Source: Ascidiella aspersa (Eukaryota). From it: DNA of 64,000 bases. Under the pieces are notes generated by a model. The model was not told where the DNA came from. It did not search any database and worked only from the letters and a program-made list of their open reading frames with translations. The stretch covers positions 4,154,001 to 4,218,000 of the forward strand of contig OZ004607.1 in the NCBI GenBank assembly GCA_963924565.1, written 5' to 3'. This document shows, in pieces, positions 1 through 12,432 of this stretch. Positions within the stretch are counted from its first letter, which is position 1, and each line of letters opens with the position of its first letter. A program made the translations under genes and the position numbers.

Positions 1-603
1 TACTTCCGTGTTTGATGAATTTAATAACTGCTTCAGTCGGTTATCCGTGTTGGACTCGTTTTTACACGTACGATTAAATGACGTGCGTTACATTCGTTGG
101 TTTGGTTTTAAATCAGACGGTTAGTGCCAAAAGCCAGGCCTGTGCCATTTGTACCAGTCGTGCGACCAACGCCATATATTCACATTTTCGATGCGTTCAG
201 ATAGCAGGGGTGTCCAACACGCGGCACGCGTGCTGAATGTGGCACGCGACCTAATAAAAATGGCACACGAGACCCCTCAAGAATAGGTATATGTCGTCTT
301 TTACGCATATACCAATTAAGTATCAGTGAGTCAAATTAAATTGGTCATCAAAACTGAATTTTTCACTATAGGATGTGACGTTTCTGAGACGAGACAACAT
401 TTTTTTAAGCAAGAGTATATATTTTACAAAATTGTACCAGGTAACCTTACACCGTCATACGTGGCTTGCGTCGTCAAAAAAACGTTTGTAGACGTTTTAT
501 CAACCAAACGTTGTCTCGATATACGCCTAACATTCAAACAACATGTCCCCTAATTGAACAACATGTCACGGCATGACATGAACCGGGTGTGCGCGCTTCA
601 TGC

Positions 604-1076
604 AGACTGGCCTCCTGACCACAATCAGCAGTTAGACTTTCCCACTAGTGAAGCGGACCTTGGAGACCTTGGCGAAATTGGCGCGCCAAGATTTTTATAG
701 GGCAATATCTCCGAAAGTTGTGCCGCTAATGAGATGACAGTTTTGTACAGTCTTTGTGTTGGATTTAGCAATCCAGCAATCGCACTTTTAGTGAAAAATA
801 TGTTTAAATTTCGCAGATTTTGCCCTAGTTCGACCGGGTTACGTGCATCATGTAATAGCAGATGCGTGGCAACTCTTAGCCACCGACTGTTTGAAAAATA
901 TTTTCAAATTTCGGGGATATTTCCCTATAAAAAAAGTGGATCATGTACTAGCAGGTACGTGGCAACACTCTACCACCGAACGTTGCATCTGCTCTCTAAA
1001 TAGGAAACAGCGCCAAAAACAACGCCAAAAACAGCGCACACACGAAAAATCGTGCTCTGTAGTCGGACACCCTTAA
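604..1076. mobile_element. Probable DNA transposon remnant ending at TTAA (Kolobok/piggyBac-like)
   Basis: Ends ...gtagtcggacacccTTAA. Contains an internal duplicated block (catgtaatagcagatgcgtggcaac / catgtactagcaggtacgtggcaac). The other terminus was not identified. Confidence 0.35.
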
Positions 1077-3869
1077 CGTGCACGCTTCAGCCACGCGTTC
1101 TCATTTTTGGCCTAGTTGCATTTTATTTTATTTGCGCTGTTAATAACGATAATGAATAATAATGCCGCGATTTAAAATGCAAAACATGTATCATGCGTTT
1201 CAGGACTGACTGCGCTTTAAGACTGGTGAATTATTCACTTCGCACTGACCGACTTGATGTATTCAGTAAAATAATATTGGAATCCGTGCATGACATTACA
1301 TATACCAATTTTTTCTTTGCCCAGCCTTTTTATCGTTGCGTAAATGAACACGCCAAAATTTATAAGTAATTTCAATACTGATATATGGACCATTATAAAA
1401 CTTCGGGTCCCTAAAACAACGTAACCCTTTGTTTGATTAAAGCAGCGTTTCTCAACCGGTGCGCCATGGAAGCAAAAGGAAAAAATAATGTATAGGTACT
1501 ATTATATAAAACATATATTAAAACAGTTTTTATAAGATTTGCAAGACGCGTGAACCAGTGACCAGACTTGGACAACTAGATTATTAATTCCAGTCATCGG
1601 CTTGTAAGGCGGCCGCTAGTTTGCATATTGTAGTTTCACAAGCTTGGACTGTGGGAAGGCTAGTTAAGTACAATCTTTTTTGAAAAGCAATGCAAAGATT
1701 GTGTAGTAAAGCGGTTACTACTAACCCACACTCATACATTTATTTTATTTCAGAAGTTTGTGCAAGTCACTCAGTACTGTAAGTTGCACACCACAAAATT
1801 ACCGATAAAAATCCAAAAATTCTAATGTTTCTTTAGTTCGGTTGCAAGTTAGCTAAATACTTATTGGTAAAATGCAAAATACTGTTCTAAAAAGTTGTTT
1901 AAACTTAGTCTGCTCTACCAACACTTCTCTCAACGAGAATATGACAGTTAAACTAATTTCAGTGAAATAAAGTTAAAAACAACATCACTTCTCCATCTTA
2001 CTTGACGTGTAAGTTCCTCGTGGGTTGGACCACACCCAGTATTATGTATTGATAAGCACGAGCAATAGCAACTAAGTAAGCCACCTTGTTATATCTGGTC
2101 TTTGACACAGAACTAGGCAGATGAACACTATAATAGTCAGTAGTATGCAATTTTTTTTCAAAACATTGATGTGGCAATACTTAAAAATTACACTTTGCAT
2201 GAACTCGTTGAATAGTTTTAATAATACAATAATTTTAAATATAAAAAGTTATTTTTATTAAAATCTTAATTTTTAATATGAAAAGCATAGGTCGTATAAT
2301 TCTGTTGAATAACAGGCCAGGGATAGTCATCACCCCAAATTCTTAAATAATAATTTCAGGTTGAACTAGTTTGAGTTACTTGATGTATATTAGATCAGGC
2401 GATAAATCTTTTTTCTATTTAGGGCCCTGCGGCATGTGTTGCTTAATGGCATCCGGCTCAGCAGCATATAAAGGTTAAAAAGCAAGAAATAAGCTATTGC
2501 TGCCAGGCATTATGTATAACCGAGTATTGCTCATCAAGTAGTTTTATTAAAAACAAATTTGACCTATACATTAAGACGCCTTCATCAGGACAATGGCATA
2601 TCTTGTAAGACAGATTTCTTATAAAGCTTAAAAAAACATGTTTCGACAAAAATGAAGTTTGCTATATTCAATAATCCGCGATCTTTTACACTTTTAATGG
2701 GCGACCAATGCTCGCCTTAATGATAAATACTGCATTGTAACAGAGTATTATTCGGAAAAATGAGGCCTTCCTATTTGGGTACTGCTGGTAATTTCGGGAC
2801 GTTTTACATGCATATTTGCCTTCGGTGTTATAGTAGCTCTATGAATACGCATAAACAAAGTATGATTGACTAAACCCAAAATCCATAGTGATCCGATCGT
2901 GACCGTGGTATGGTGACAACAGCATCATTGTATTTAAAATGTGGGCCTAAACATTTAAACACATAAACTTGAATACGCTATACCGCCAATAACATGTTAT
3001 TATACACCTGTAAACGAAAATTAGGGCCAATTTATTAGACTTGACTTTAATTTGTTAGCAAATGTTACCTAGCAATTAGGCGGAGACAATTTCTTAATAC
3101 GGATTTATAGCCTGGGCAAAATAAAGCTGTGCGTCGATCGGGATTTGACGATTAGATGTCATAATGTCCTCGGGCGATGCAGAGAATGTGAAACAAGCTC
3201 AACACGTCGCCTCTTGCCATTAATTACACAGGAAAACGACGACTAGACAGCCTGTGGCACAACCTTGAAACTTTTAATGAACATTGGGAACAAGTCAGAA
3301 GTTGATTTTGGACGATATGAAGTTTGAGAAAGCGTTCGGTCCAAGATTTGTTTATTTGGCTTCTCTAGGCATTGAAAGCATTTTATTGGAGAAAATGTTA
3401 TACAAAAAACGGTGTAGATATTTGCATGGTTACTTGGAAAGCAAACGGCTTCGTTTTTTTATCATTTCTTCACCTGTGCTTTAGGAACCAATTAGTTCAG
3501 GCATTTTTACAAGAAGGAAATCCTAAAATAGTTGGAAAACGAGTCACCTACAAATGTCCTGTAATAATATTCAGCTAAAAATACCTTCTGCATTCAATCG
3601 AAACGACAGAGCTTGGCCTGAAATATTGTTGCAAGTGCTAATTTGTTCAGACATGAAAGGTCCACCTTCGCTTTGGGTTGTCTTCGAGCAATGTGTGTTT
3701 TACTGTCTCTTGAAATTGAAACTTCATAAAAAAAAAAAATTATGTTGTCTACTGTTGCTTTGTGCAGTTTTGGTTTAATTGTTTTTAAAAATTCGCGGAA
3801 ATTCAAACTTTACTTATCTTCTTAGGACCTAACTTACTGATTTTCTAAAAACGGTCGATGTAATTTTAA

Positions 3870-4255
3870 GATTATTTGTAAATGACTTAACTTGGACATT
3901 TGTTGGGTGAGCTGGCATATACAGTCATTGACTTGCACTTAAGCCACAGGTTTTAAATGACTTGACTTGACTTACGTCGTTTGGACAAATGACTTGGGTT
4001 GCATGAAGTGTTTTAATTAGTAATTTGTCATTTTCTTTTATAAGATTGAGCTAATTATCCCAATTTTTGCACATAAAACAGCTTTCTTGCTATACGAGTT
4101 TACCAATCCTAACAATTCTAAGAGTCATTTTTTTATACCACTTATTTGACTTAGAGTTGACTTGCTTTACCTATGACTTGACTGAACTTGACTTGTTATT
4201 TATTCAAAACTTGACAGGAAGAAGTTATTTTACAAATGCCGTGTTTACAACACTG
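3870..4255 (-). mobile_element. Degenerate copy of AAGTC-repeat hAT-type MITE
   Basis: Many GACTT motifs. Terminus gtttacaacactg at 4243-4255. Similar to the copy at 23805-24377. Confidence 0.65.
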
Positions 4256-4928
4256 GTATGCGCCATCTTTAAAGTTATTTTCTATTTAAAATTTACTTAA
4301 TCATCCTCTAGTAAACAAGTAAAGAGACCACAATTTATACAGCTTTTAAATCAGCCACAAAATTATCGGTAAAAAACGAACAATTATTGTTTTTTGGCAA
4401 AAAATTTCTACAACGTGAAATTAAAAACGCCCAATAATGCTATCGAATGTTCTACGCTTCATGTCACAATATTTTTGTTTTATAATTTAGGTGATCTAAA
4501 CATAAGATAAGCTAACATGATTTAATATTTTTCTATTCTATTCCTAGTGTTAAAATATTGTTTTCAAATTTCAACTGAAACAAAACGTTTTGTCAGCCTT
4601 CTTATTTTTAATAATCCCTTAAATAACGTTTATTTTTTACGTCTCGTCCTTTAAGGTCATTGCTAAAAACTAAAAAAGTCAGACATTCGTAGTCAAAAAC
4701 AGCTTGTATCATACATTTTTATTTATTTTATTTTATAGAATAATAATTATTCACAGTCGTTTTTTAAATAGGAGCAACGTTTTGTAAATTTTTATTTATG
4801 TCTTATGATTTTCTTTTCGTCGTAGCGCAATTTAGGGCTAAATAAATGTCCAATATGTTCTGAAAAAAGAAGGCAGATGGACTGGAAAATTCGACAAGCG
4901 AAAGGATTACTATAAAAGAGAAAACATC

Positions 4929-7900
4929 ATGAGTTCCATTCTATACTTTTATCTCATCCTATTTTATTGTGCACTATGCTTCGCTGGAAAAGGGAAAGCA
5001 ACAAGTTAGTACATTTGGGCTATACAAGTAAAATATTGTGTGAAGTGGTAAAATACCTCTGGATCTTGTCAAACAACAAATGGAATGCAAGTATTATATA
5101 ATGTTTTTTTTTCGAATTATTTTTGCCACACAAGTAAAGTAGAATCAAAGGTTAACAAATTTCGTCCATACTATTTTCAAGTGCTGTAAGCCTTCATTTT
5201 TTTCAAATGATTCCCAGTCAAACCATTATTAGAGCAAGTCAACTTCAAGTTGAGTCACTGACATAAAAATAGAAACGTTAAAATAATAAAAATAGTAAAT
5301 TTGTCCATTTATGGACAAATATATCAACTAATAAGAAAACTCAACATAGGCATATGCGCTATGCCAAAAAAATTGATTTTCTTGCAAAAATTGAGATAAA
5401 TAACCAAATCTTAATAAACATGCCGAATTTCAACCCAAATTATTTGACACAATGACTTAAATCCGAGTCATTTGTACGAACACATAAGTCAACTCTCATT
5501 TTGCCCAAAACACTTGAGCCAAGTAAAGTTGTTTAAAAATATTGACCTGAGTTTATTTAATTTACCTAAACCATTCTAACTCTGCCATTTTACTACTATT
5601 TACTGCGGGCTTTGAAGTCAACACACCAGCGGTGCCCCCTCCCTGACCCGCCCCTCTTTTTAAATACCTAACATTTTCGAATTAAACAGCGTTAAAATCC
5701 AAATAGTGACAGCCACAAACATGACAGAGCCGATTAGTGAATAATTTAAAGCAGTGGTTCTCAACCGCCGGTCCGCGTCAACTTTCCTGCCGGTCCGCCA
5801 AATATATTACAATCTTAAATCTCAACTACAAAATGCAAGATGCTGAAGGCTTGTCCATCAAATTTAAAACTTCGCCAGCTTCGTACTTTGCAACATTGTG
5901 ACGTAACATAGAGTTTATGGTCTACTTTGGACTTTATCGTACGAAACAATGCAAGTGTTGTGCCCAACTGTTTAAAAGTCGGCTACAGATCGTTTAAGTC
6001 TTTTTTTAGGAGCAGTTGTATGTGAAAAACTTTAATAGAACCACGTATAACACGTATGACATCAAAGAGACAGCAGCAAATTGCTCATTTAATTTAAGTT
6101 TCTATTCTTTGCTGTTAAGTTGCATACTTTTGTCATATTTGCATTTTGGGTTGATTTTGATTTTTGAAGGTCCACCGGTCCGCAAAATTTGTTTTGAAAT
6201 TTTACCGGTCCGTAAGATAAAAAAAGGTTGAGAACCGCTGCTTTAAAAGCATGTAGTAATTTAAAAGATAAAATAGGTTTCACTTTTCACCTGTAATAAA
6301 CAAAATCATGGACAGGTCTTGAGCCAGTCCGTCGTATGTCCAATGCATGTGCACCAAGTGAAGATTAATTGGGGGCTTTAAAGTCTAAGACATGCACCCT
6401 TACATTGTATGGCTATATTTATGGATCTTTGGAAAATCTCTCGAGGCTGCCATGCTGTCAAATGTAGATTGTTTTATCGACCACTTATAATGCGTGCGCT
6501 TAATCTCGTAAAGGTTGCACCCACAGCTTGACGGCCACTGATCGTTGGCAGCAAGTAAGAAGCCCGGAATACCCACGACCATTTCCCATTCAAACTCAAT
6601 GCTCATGGAGGTAGGCGAGGCTGATATTAATTTCTGAAAAGTTAAAGTTTTTTTGGATGTCAGACGCGAAAAAAAAAATATTACAAAAATAATATTTAAT
6701 TTCGAATAAAGTACCCTTTAAAGTTGCGCAACGTATAACACCGCTTGTGCATATCTATGTTATCGAATATAAAAACTCGTCAACAATAAGAATTATTGCT
6801 ATTCATTTGGTGTTTCTTTTTTGGTGATGGAAAACAATTATGACAGCCGATACAAAAGTTCCAATCAACTTACCCAATAGAAATAATAAGTTGTAAAAAA
6901 TAAATACACTAAAAAACAGGGAGTCGAACCGGAACCGAACCGGACTTTATGAACCGGTTTTGGGTCAATTTTTTCCGAACCGTAACCGAACTTGAACCGG
7001 TTTTTATAAGATTTTAAGGAGCCGAACCGGAACTGAACCGAATTATTTGAAAGTAACTGAACCTTAACCGAACCCGAACCTGTAAATAAAAGCGGTTCGC
7101 TTCTGTATGACGTCACAACTTCTATTTTACAGAGTCAAGTTACGCCATGTTCGAAATTTTATGAAAAAAATATGAATTTTGAATGAAAAAATCGTTTATT
7201 TTTTTATTTTTTAGATATTTTAATAATGAGTTACTGTTTTGTTAATAAATCGGAAACTTAGATTAAATGACTTACAATTTAAAGATTATTCTCTACATTT
7301 ATCGACACACATTTTGAGATTTAACGCAAATTATATTGTATCTGAACCGGAACTTTATGAACCGGTTTTGAAATAACGATGTTCGAACCGGAGCTGAACC
7401 GGAACTTTTAAATTACTCCGAACCGAAACCGGAACTGAACCGGATTACGAAAAAATCCTTGAACCCGAATCGTACCTGAACCGGAAAAGTCAAACGGTTC
7501 GACTCCCTGCTAAAAAATATAGGTTCAACACTAGTGCAAATTTCCGATTCGTCTTTCATCTCCACAGTTTATTTCAAATTCAAGATGCAAAATTCGTGAA
7601 ATTAGTTACGCCAAAGACTCAATAGCGCCACTATCGGCGAAATATCAACATTTACTTTTTCAAATCGCACAGAATTACAGCAGAAGGCGGATTCAGGATT
7701 AAGCTACAGTTTGCAGGCTTCAATTTGGTCAAACCAAACGAGAAGGGCGAATGCACCCGACAGTGGCTGAACATCAGGTTCAGCGACAAAAACGCCGACT
7801 CGCCCTCTTCCTTTTACACCCTGTGTGGAGCCGACAACCCTGGAACCATCGTTTCTCCAGGCAAGTTACTTTAATTGTTTTGCTATTGAAGCGCTCCACT

Positions 7901-9582
7901 TTCCTGAGGATGTAAAAAACTGCTTTTTGTGTCTCTTCACAGATTTGCCGGTACAAAGTTTATACTTAAATGTGCATATCACAAAAATAAATAAATCCGC
8001 GACACTCAGATAGCAACCATATAAAGTCATAAGGACGATACAGAATTACAGAAGTTGTTTGTAACAGTTTATTTTCGAAGCCCAAATAAATATCGATAAA
8101 AAGGTTAGCCATATTTTTAGATCAGTTGATAAAATAATAGTTTTATTATTATTTATTTTGTTAATATCGGGATTAAGGCCTGTTCCAACATTTTTTTCTA
8201 ATCCAAGTGTCACACGTCACAGGAAACGTGGTTAACCTGAACCTGCACTCCGGGTCCGGTTCACAGGGCGCAAAGTACATCGGGTTCCAGGCGAGCTATT
8301 CAAGGTCGGACGAGGCCGTGGCGCTTCCGGGGGACCTCAAGCAGGCCAGTACCCCCGGGCCGGGTGTACGCCCGATCGTTCCCACAAGAAAGACCCTTGG
8401 TTCGGTGCTGAACCAATTGCACCCGGCCCGGGGCACAAAACATGGCCAGAGGAAGTTGACCCAAAACGAGAGAAACGAGTTGTTGAACAAGCGAAGAAAC
8501 AGTGGCCTGCCTGCGCCGCCGAACCCCCTATACGATACCGAGGGTAATATGCTGGACCCCAACGGACAACCATTAACGCGGAGAGCTTACCCGAAGCGCA
8601 ATTGTAAGTCACTTTAGGAACAAAAAAACAGAATGTGCTTGCTTTGCATACCGCCTGTTAGAAGTAGGTAGCATTTTAAACGTTTCCAATAAAGATGTTG
8701 AAAATGAATAAAGAATTATTCGAAACGTTTAAAATGATAGCTACTTCTGCATATTGGCTTTAATATTCTTATAACGTCTCACAAAAACCTCCATTCAACC
8801 ATATTGCTCCAAAGGAAATAATAATGACAGTAATTTTTTGACTCCTGGTCTAACCGATTAAGTATAAACAACGCTCATCTAGCCAAACTCATGCCCATCC
8901 ATCTTTCGCAGATACCAACGCGCCTCCAAAGAAGTACGTACCGCCGCGTCACCCCAAGACAATTTCGAACGAGATAAAGACGGTGTTGATCGTGATCGGC
9001 CTAATCGTGCTCGCCTTCGTCAGCCTCCTAATGGCAGTGAAGCTCGGGCTGATCCGACGCCTCATGCGCAAGAGGAAACAGGGAAAGGAGCGAGGAGCAA
9101 AAGCGGAGAAGGGCGGATACGTGAAGAGCAATGACAAGCAGGAGGCGAAAGCTGTAGGGGCGCAAAAGCGAGCCACCGAAACGGAGAGCAGCCATCGCAG
9201 TCAGCAGCGCAAGCGAGAGGCGCAAACTCAAATTAAAACCGCAGAACGCGGCGCCGAAGATTCGAGAAGAAAGCGTTACGCGGAAAACGCAAAGCGCTCG
9301 AGGCTCGGCGAGGTGCACGTGGCTACTGTGTCTGGTCGAGCGGCGAACCGCGAAAGGCGCTCGAACAGCGCACAACATCAGCAGCAAAAGCGTACAAGAG
9401 CGAACCCTAGTACGCGTGAGGTGGGCGAGCAACAGTCGAGGCGGCATCCAGGTGGCAGCAAACGGAACGAGCGGCCTCGGCGAGCGGAACACGAGCGTAG
9501 AAGACGCCGGTCGCCGTCGCCCACTTCCAGCGAGGCTTCGTCCAGTTCCAGCGACAACAAATACAGACGCCGCAGACGCTAA
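4929..9582 (+). CDS. CUB-domain single-pass (type I) membrane protein with basic Arg/Ser-rich cytoplasmic tail, ~470 aa, 5 coding exons
   Basis: Exons 4929-5004, 6514-6610, 7673-7860, 8223-8603, 8912-9582 join in frame (1413 nt). Signal peptide MSSILYFYLILFYCALCFAG. CUB motifs C-THSLTA...SPEYPRPFPIQTQCSWRITAEGGFRIKLQFAGFNL...ECTRQWLNI...LCGADNPGTIVSPGNVVNLNLHS...GFQASY. Pro-rich stalk, TM VLIVIGLIVLAFVSLLMAVKLGLI followed by RRLMRKRK, then a basic tail. Introns are GT-AG except intron 3 (GC-AG). Confidence 0.88.
5178..5584 (+). mobile_element. Degenerate copy of AAGTC-repeat hAT-type MITE (CUB gene intron 1)
   Basis: Shares blocks such as attagagcaagtcaacttcaagt and attttgcccaaaa with 23805-24377. 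Termini are eroded. Confidence 0.65.
5752..6240. mobile_element. hAT-type MITE (CAGTGGTTCTCAACC termini)
   Basis: TIRs CAGTGGTTCTCAACC / GGTTGAGAACCGCTG (14/15). Subterminal CCGGTCCG repeats. Flanks atttaaag/ctttaaaa (6/8 TSD). Confidence 0.85.
6917..7509. mobile_element. hAT-type MITE with GAACCG subterminal repeats (CUB gene intron 2)
   Basis: Perfect 15-bp TIR CAGGGAGTCGAACCG and perfect 8-bp TSD CTAAAAAA (6909-6916, 7510-7517). Dense GAACCG motifs at both ends. Confidence 0.95.
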
Positions 9583-11195
9583 GGGAATGTTCCATTATAT
9601 AGACGCGTGAACTGTGTTAATCGCGCTTGTACGACTGCCTGCCAGATTCGACACCTCTATGAAATTGAGAGTTTCTTCTGCGACGTGCAGGAGCAAATAA
9701 ACCCTTAACCATCTTAAAACATAAAAAATGTGGCACCACGCGTCTCTGATACTCGTTGTGGCATTGAATATTTGTAGATTTTCAAGCAGAAAATAAATAG
9801 TTCGCTGGCGCAAACAGTACAATTAGTTCTAGAATTGCTACGCCAAAAATAACGGATTCCTACTTCACGGCCTGACGAATGCATGAGCACTACAAGAAAC
9901 GTATCAGTGGTGTATGTAATATAAAGCATGTGCTGCGAGACCATGCTAGGTGGGCTATACTTGCGTTTTAAGGGTACTTTTAATAGTTAATCGAATAATT
10001 GCGAAAAAAGTATTATTATAAATATATTATTAGAATTTTCTGTCAGTAAATTAGTATTGGCAGGTGTTACGAAAAATAAATTAAGCAACAAATGCAAAGC
10101 AGCAATGCCAGGTTTTACTTTTAGAATGCTATCAAAAGCCCTGTATTCTCTAATCTTGCAAAATGGGTATAATTTAGAGTTACAATTTTCAGGAATTTGT
10201 CGACCGATTTCAAAAATTTGGGAAGTTTTCAAAACCGCAAAGCAGAAAATAAAAGAATTAAATATGCAATTTTTTTGCGCATTCGGTGCGTTTTGTCACA
10301 AATTGCTCCTTATTCTCTTGATTACGTATAGGATATTTGCTGGTGTTGTCTATTTCGATCGATATATTTTTCAAAGGTGTGCCGCCGAATTGTTTTAACT
10401 CTGTTGGTGTGCCGCAAGTTGAAAAGGGTAGCGGAGCACCGATATAGGGCGATACAGGCGAACTGAAAAATTAAACGCAAAACAATATAAGGGCCTGATT
10501 TAAACCGGCCAGCGACTAAAATCGGGCGTAAACGAAGACGATCTTAACTAATCGTAATTCCAGCCTTGCCCAACCTTACTGTCGACTATCATCAAGCCTT
10601 CCGAAAACTGCAGGCAATGAAAAAAAGGTGTAAGGGCTTTAATATCGCCAAAGATCGAAAAGTGCGATTAGTTGAGTATACCAAACGATTAGTTAAGTAT
10701 AAACAGGTAAAAGTGAGGTACATAGGTCAACAGGCAACAAAAGTTAAGGGCTGGATTAACCACCAAGCAAAATAAGCACGTGACAAGGGCACCACGGGAT
10801 TTTTATTGGTGCCTCATTGTTAAATTAAATATTTCGAGTTGGTCAGACGATTCAGACCTCAATAGTGGCCGGGTTGAGATAAATCTTGGGAAAATCTTAA
10901 ACCTCTCTATATTTTCGATGGATAATATATTGTGTTAATACCTTGAATTACACATAGTCTATAGGGGGCAGGGGCCCAAAGTTATAAATGCTTAGGGTGT
11001 TTAAAAGACATGATCCTGTGCCCTGCGCACCGGTAAAAAATATTATTAATTACCAGAGTATATGTCCCTTGCCATTCCACTATCTCTTGAAACTATTTAA
11101 ACTAAATATTTCAGTTGCGTATTTGGGTACTACGTCAACAAAAAACCTCCGGTTTCGTGTGGTTGCTCTTTTTAGACGTTCCGTTATGACCAAGG

Positions 11196-11730
11196 CAGAC
11201 TTGGACAACTAGATAAATGTAGTTTTCTAATTCATTGAATTAGAGCAAAATGCGGCTAATTCTAATTCTAATCTAATTTGTGAATTGCTTGTGTGCTCTA
11301 ATTCTAGTTCTAATCTAATTCGGATTTTACCAAAAATCCTACTTTGTCCAACGACAATTGTAGTATCTTAGTGAAAACGAAGAATTTGAATTCAAACTCT
11401 TTGATTGAAACGTAATTTTCACGGAATAAAAATCATGTGCTATGCTAAAATGCTTGAAAATTAGCACACACATAATTGACATGCACATTCCTATTGAAAT
11501 ACTTCTCGATTTAAATGTAATTGATTGTGAATAATAAAATGTAATTTTAGTTTAAATTCTAGTTCAAATTCGTTTTTTAAGAATTCGGTAATTCTAATTC
11601 TAATCTAATTTGAGAAAACTCAAAATGATCTAATTCTAATTCTAATCTGGAAAAACTGAAATGTTATACTTTTAATTCTAATTCTAATCTAATTTCAAAA
11701 AGCTAAAATAAATCTAGTTGTCCAAGTCTG
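11196..11730. mobile_element. hAT-type MITE with TCTAAT repeats
   Basis: Perfect 19-bp TIR CAGACTTGGACAACTAGAT. TSD GACCAAGG/GACCTAGG (7/8). Second copy at 46291-46747 and a terminal fragment at 1563. Confidence 0.93.
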
Positions 11731-12279
11731 GACCTAGGGCCCTAGGCTAACTATAACGTTCGTTGTATGCGCCCCGGTCTATGCGCAGAACGCTATATGA
11801 GGCCAAATTCTTGTAGCGAAACGCGTCTCCCGTTTAAACCACAAAACAATCACACACAGTTTGAATTTGAAGGTAGTTGTCTAAATTAAAAAAGAGTCAA
11901 AGATGTTGGCACAGTAAACGGAGGAGAAGATACGTTTCTATACAAAGGGCAATGTGTCATAACAATTAACTCGTGGTACGATTTCAAATACTATGCTCAC
12001 CAACTGTTTGGGGAACCGGGAGAATGTGGAGCAATTAGCGTCAGTTACATTTCCAACGCCTAAATAAAACAAGCAATTTAACAAACAAGGCCTGATTGTG
12101 ACGTCGCACACATAAACATAGCAAGAGTTTAGGCTAATGTAGTTAACAAAGAGCGATATTTACTACGCTCTAACAGTTCATAAGAAGGGCACGGCAAAAC
12201 AAAAGCAGTGTAAATACTACATAAGAAGAAAATGTGCATGTATTGGCGCATGGTTGTTTCTCGACTCGCTCCTCGCTGA

Positions 12280-12432
12280 GCCTGCATAGCTCAGTTGGTA
12301 GAGCGACCGTCCCGGCTTGACCGGAGGTCGTGAGTTCGAACCTCACTGCAGGCCAGTTGTTTTTCTGGCTTGCTCTGCTTGCATCATAGATCGACAGATT
12401 CGGCGAGTCTGCGATGGCTTTTCGGTGTACAT
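12280..12432 (+). mobile_element. tRNA-derived SINE (5' part)
   Basis: tRNA-like head 12280-12354: acceptor stem GCCTGCA/TGCAGGC, A box TAGCTCAGTTGG, B box GTTCGAAC, non-canonical anticodon arm. It runs into a body (gcttgcatcat...acagattcggcg...gatggcttttcggtgtac) shared with the copy at 49365-49558. Confidence 0.8.

Noticed and set aside
6865-7116. 83-aa minus-strand ORF rich in GSG/RFG
   Set aside because: Translation of the GAACCG repeats of a MITE.
9028-9595. Antisense and alternate-frame ORFs over the last CUB-gene exon (also 8296-8612)
   Set aside because: Shadow ORFs caused by GC-rich coding sequence; no independent splice or motif support.
12280-12354. Functional tRNA gene
   Set aside because: The anticodon arm is non-canonical, and the flanking body is shared with other dispersed copies, which indicates a SINE head.
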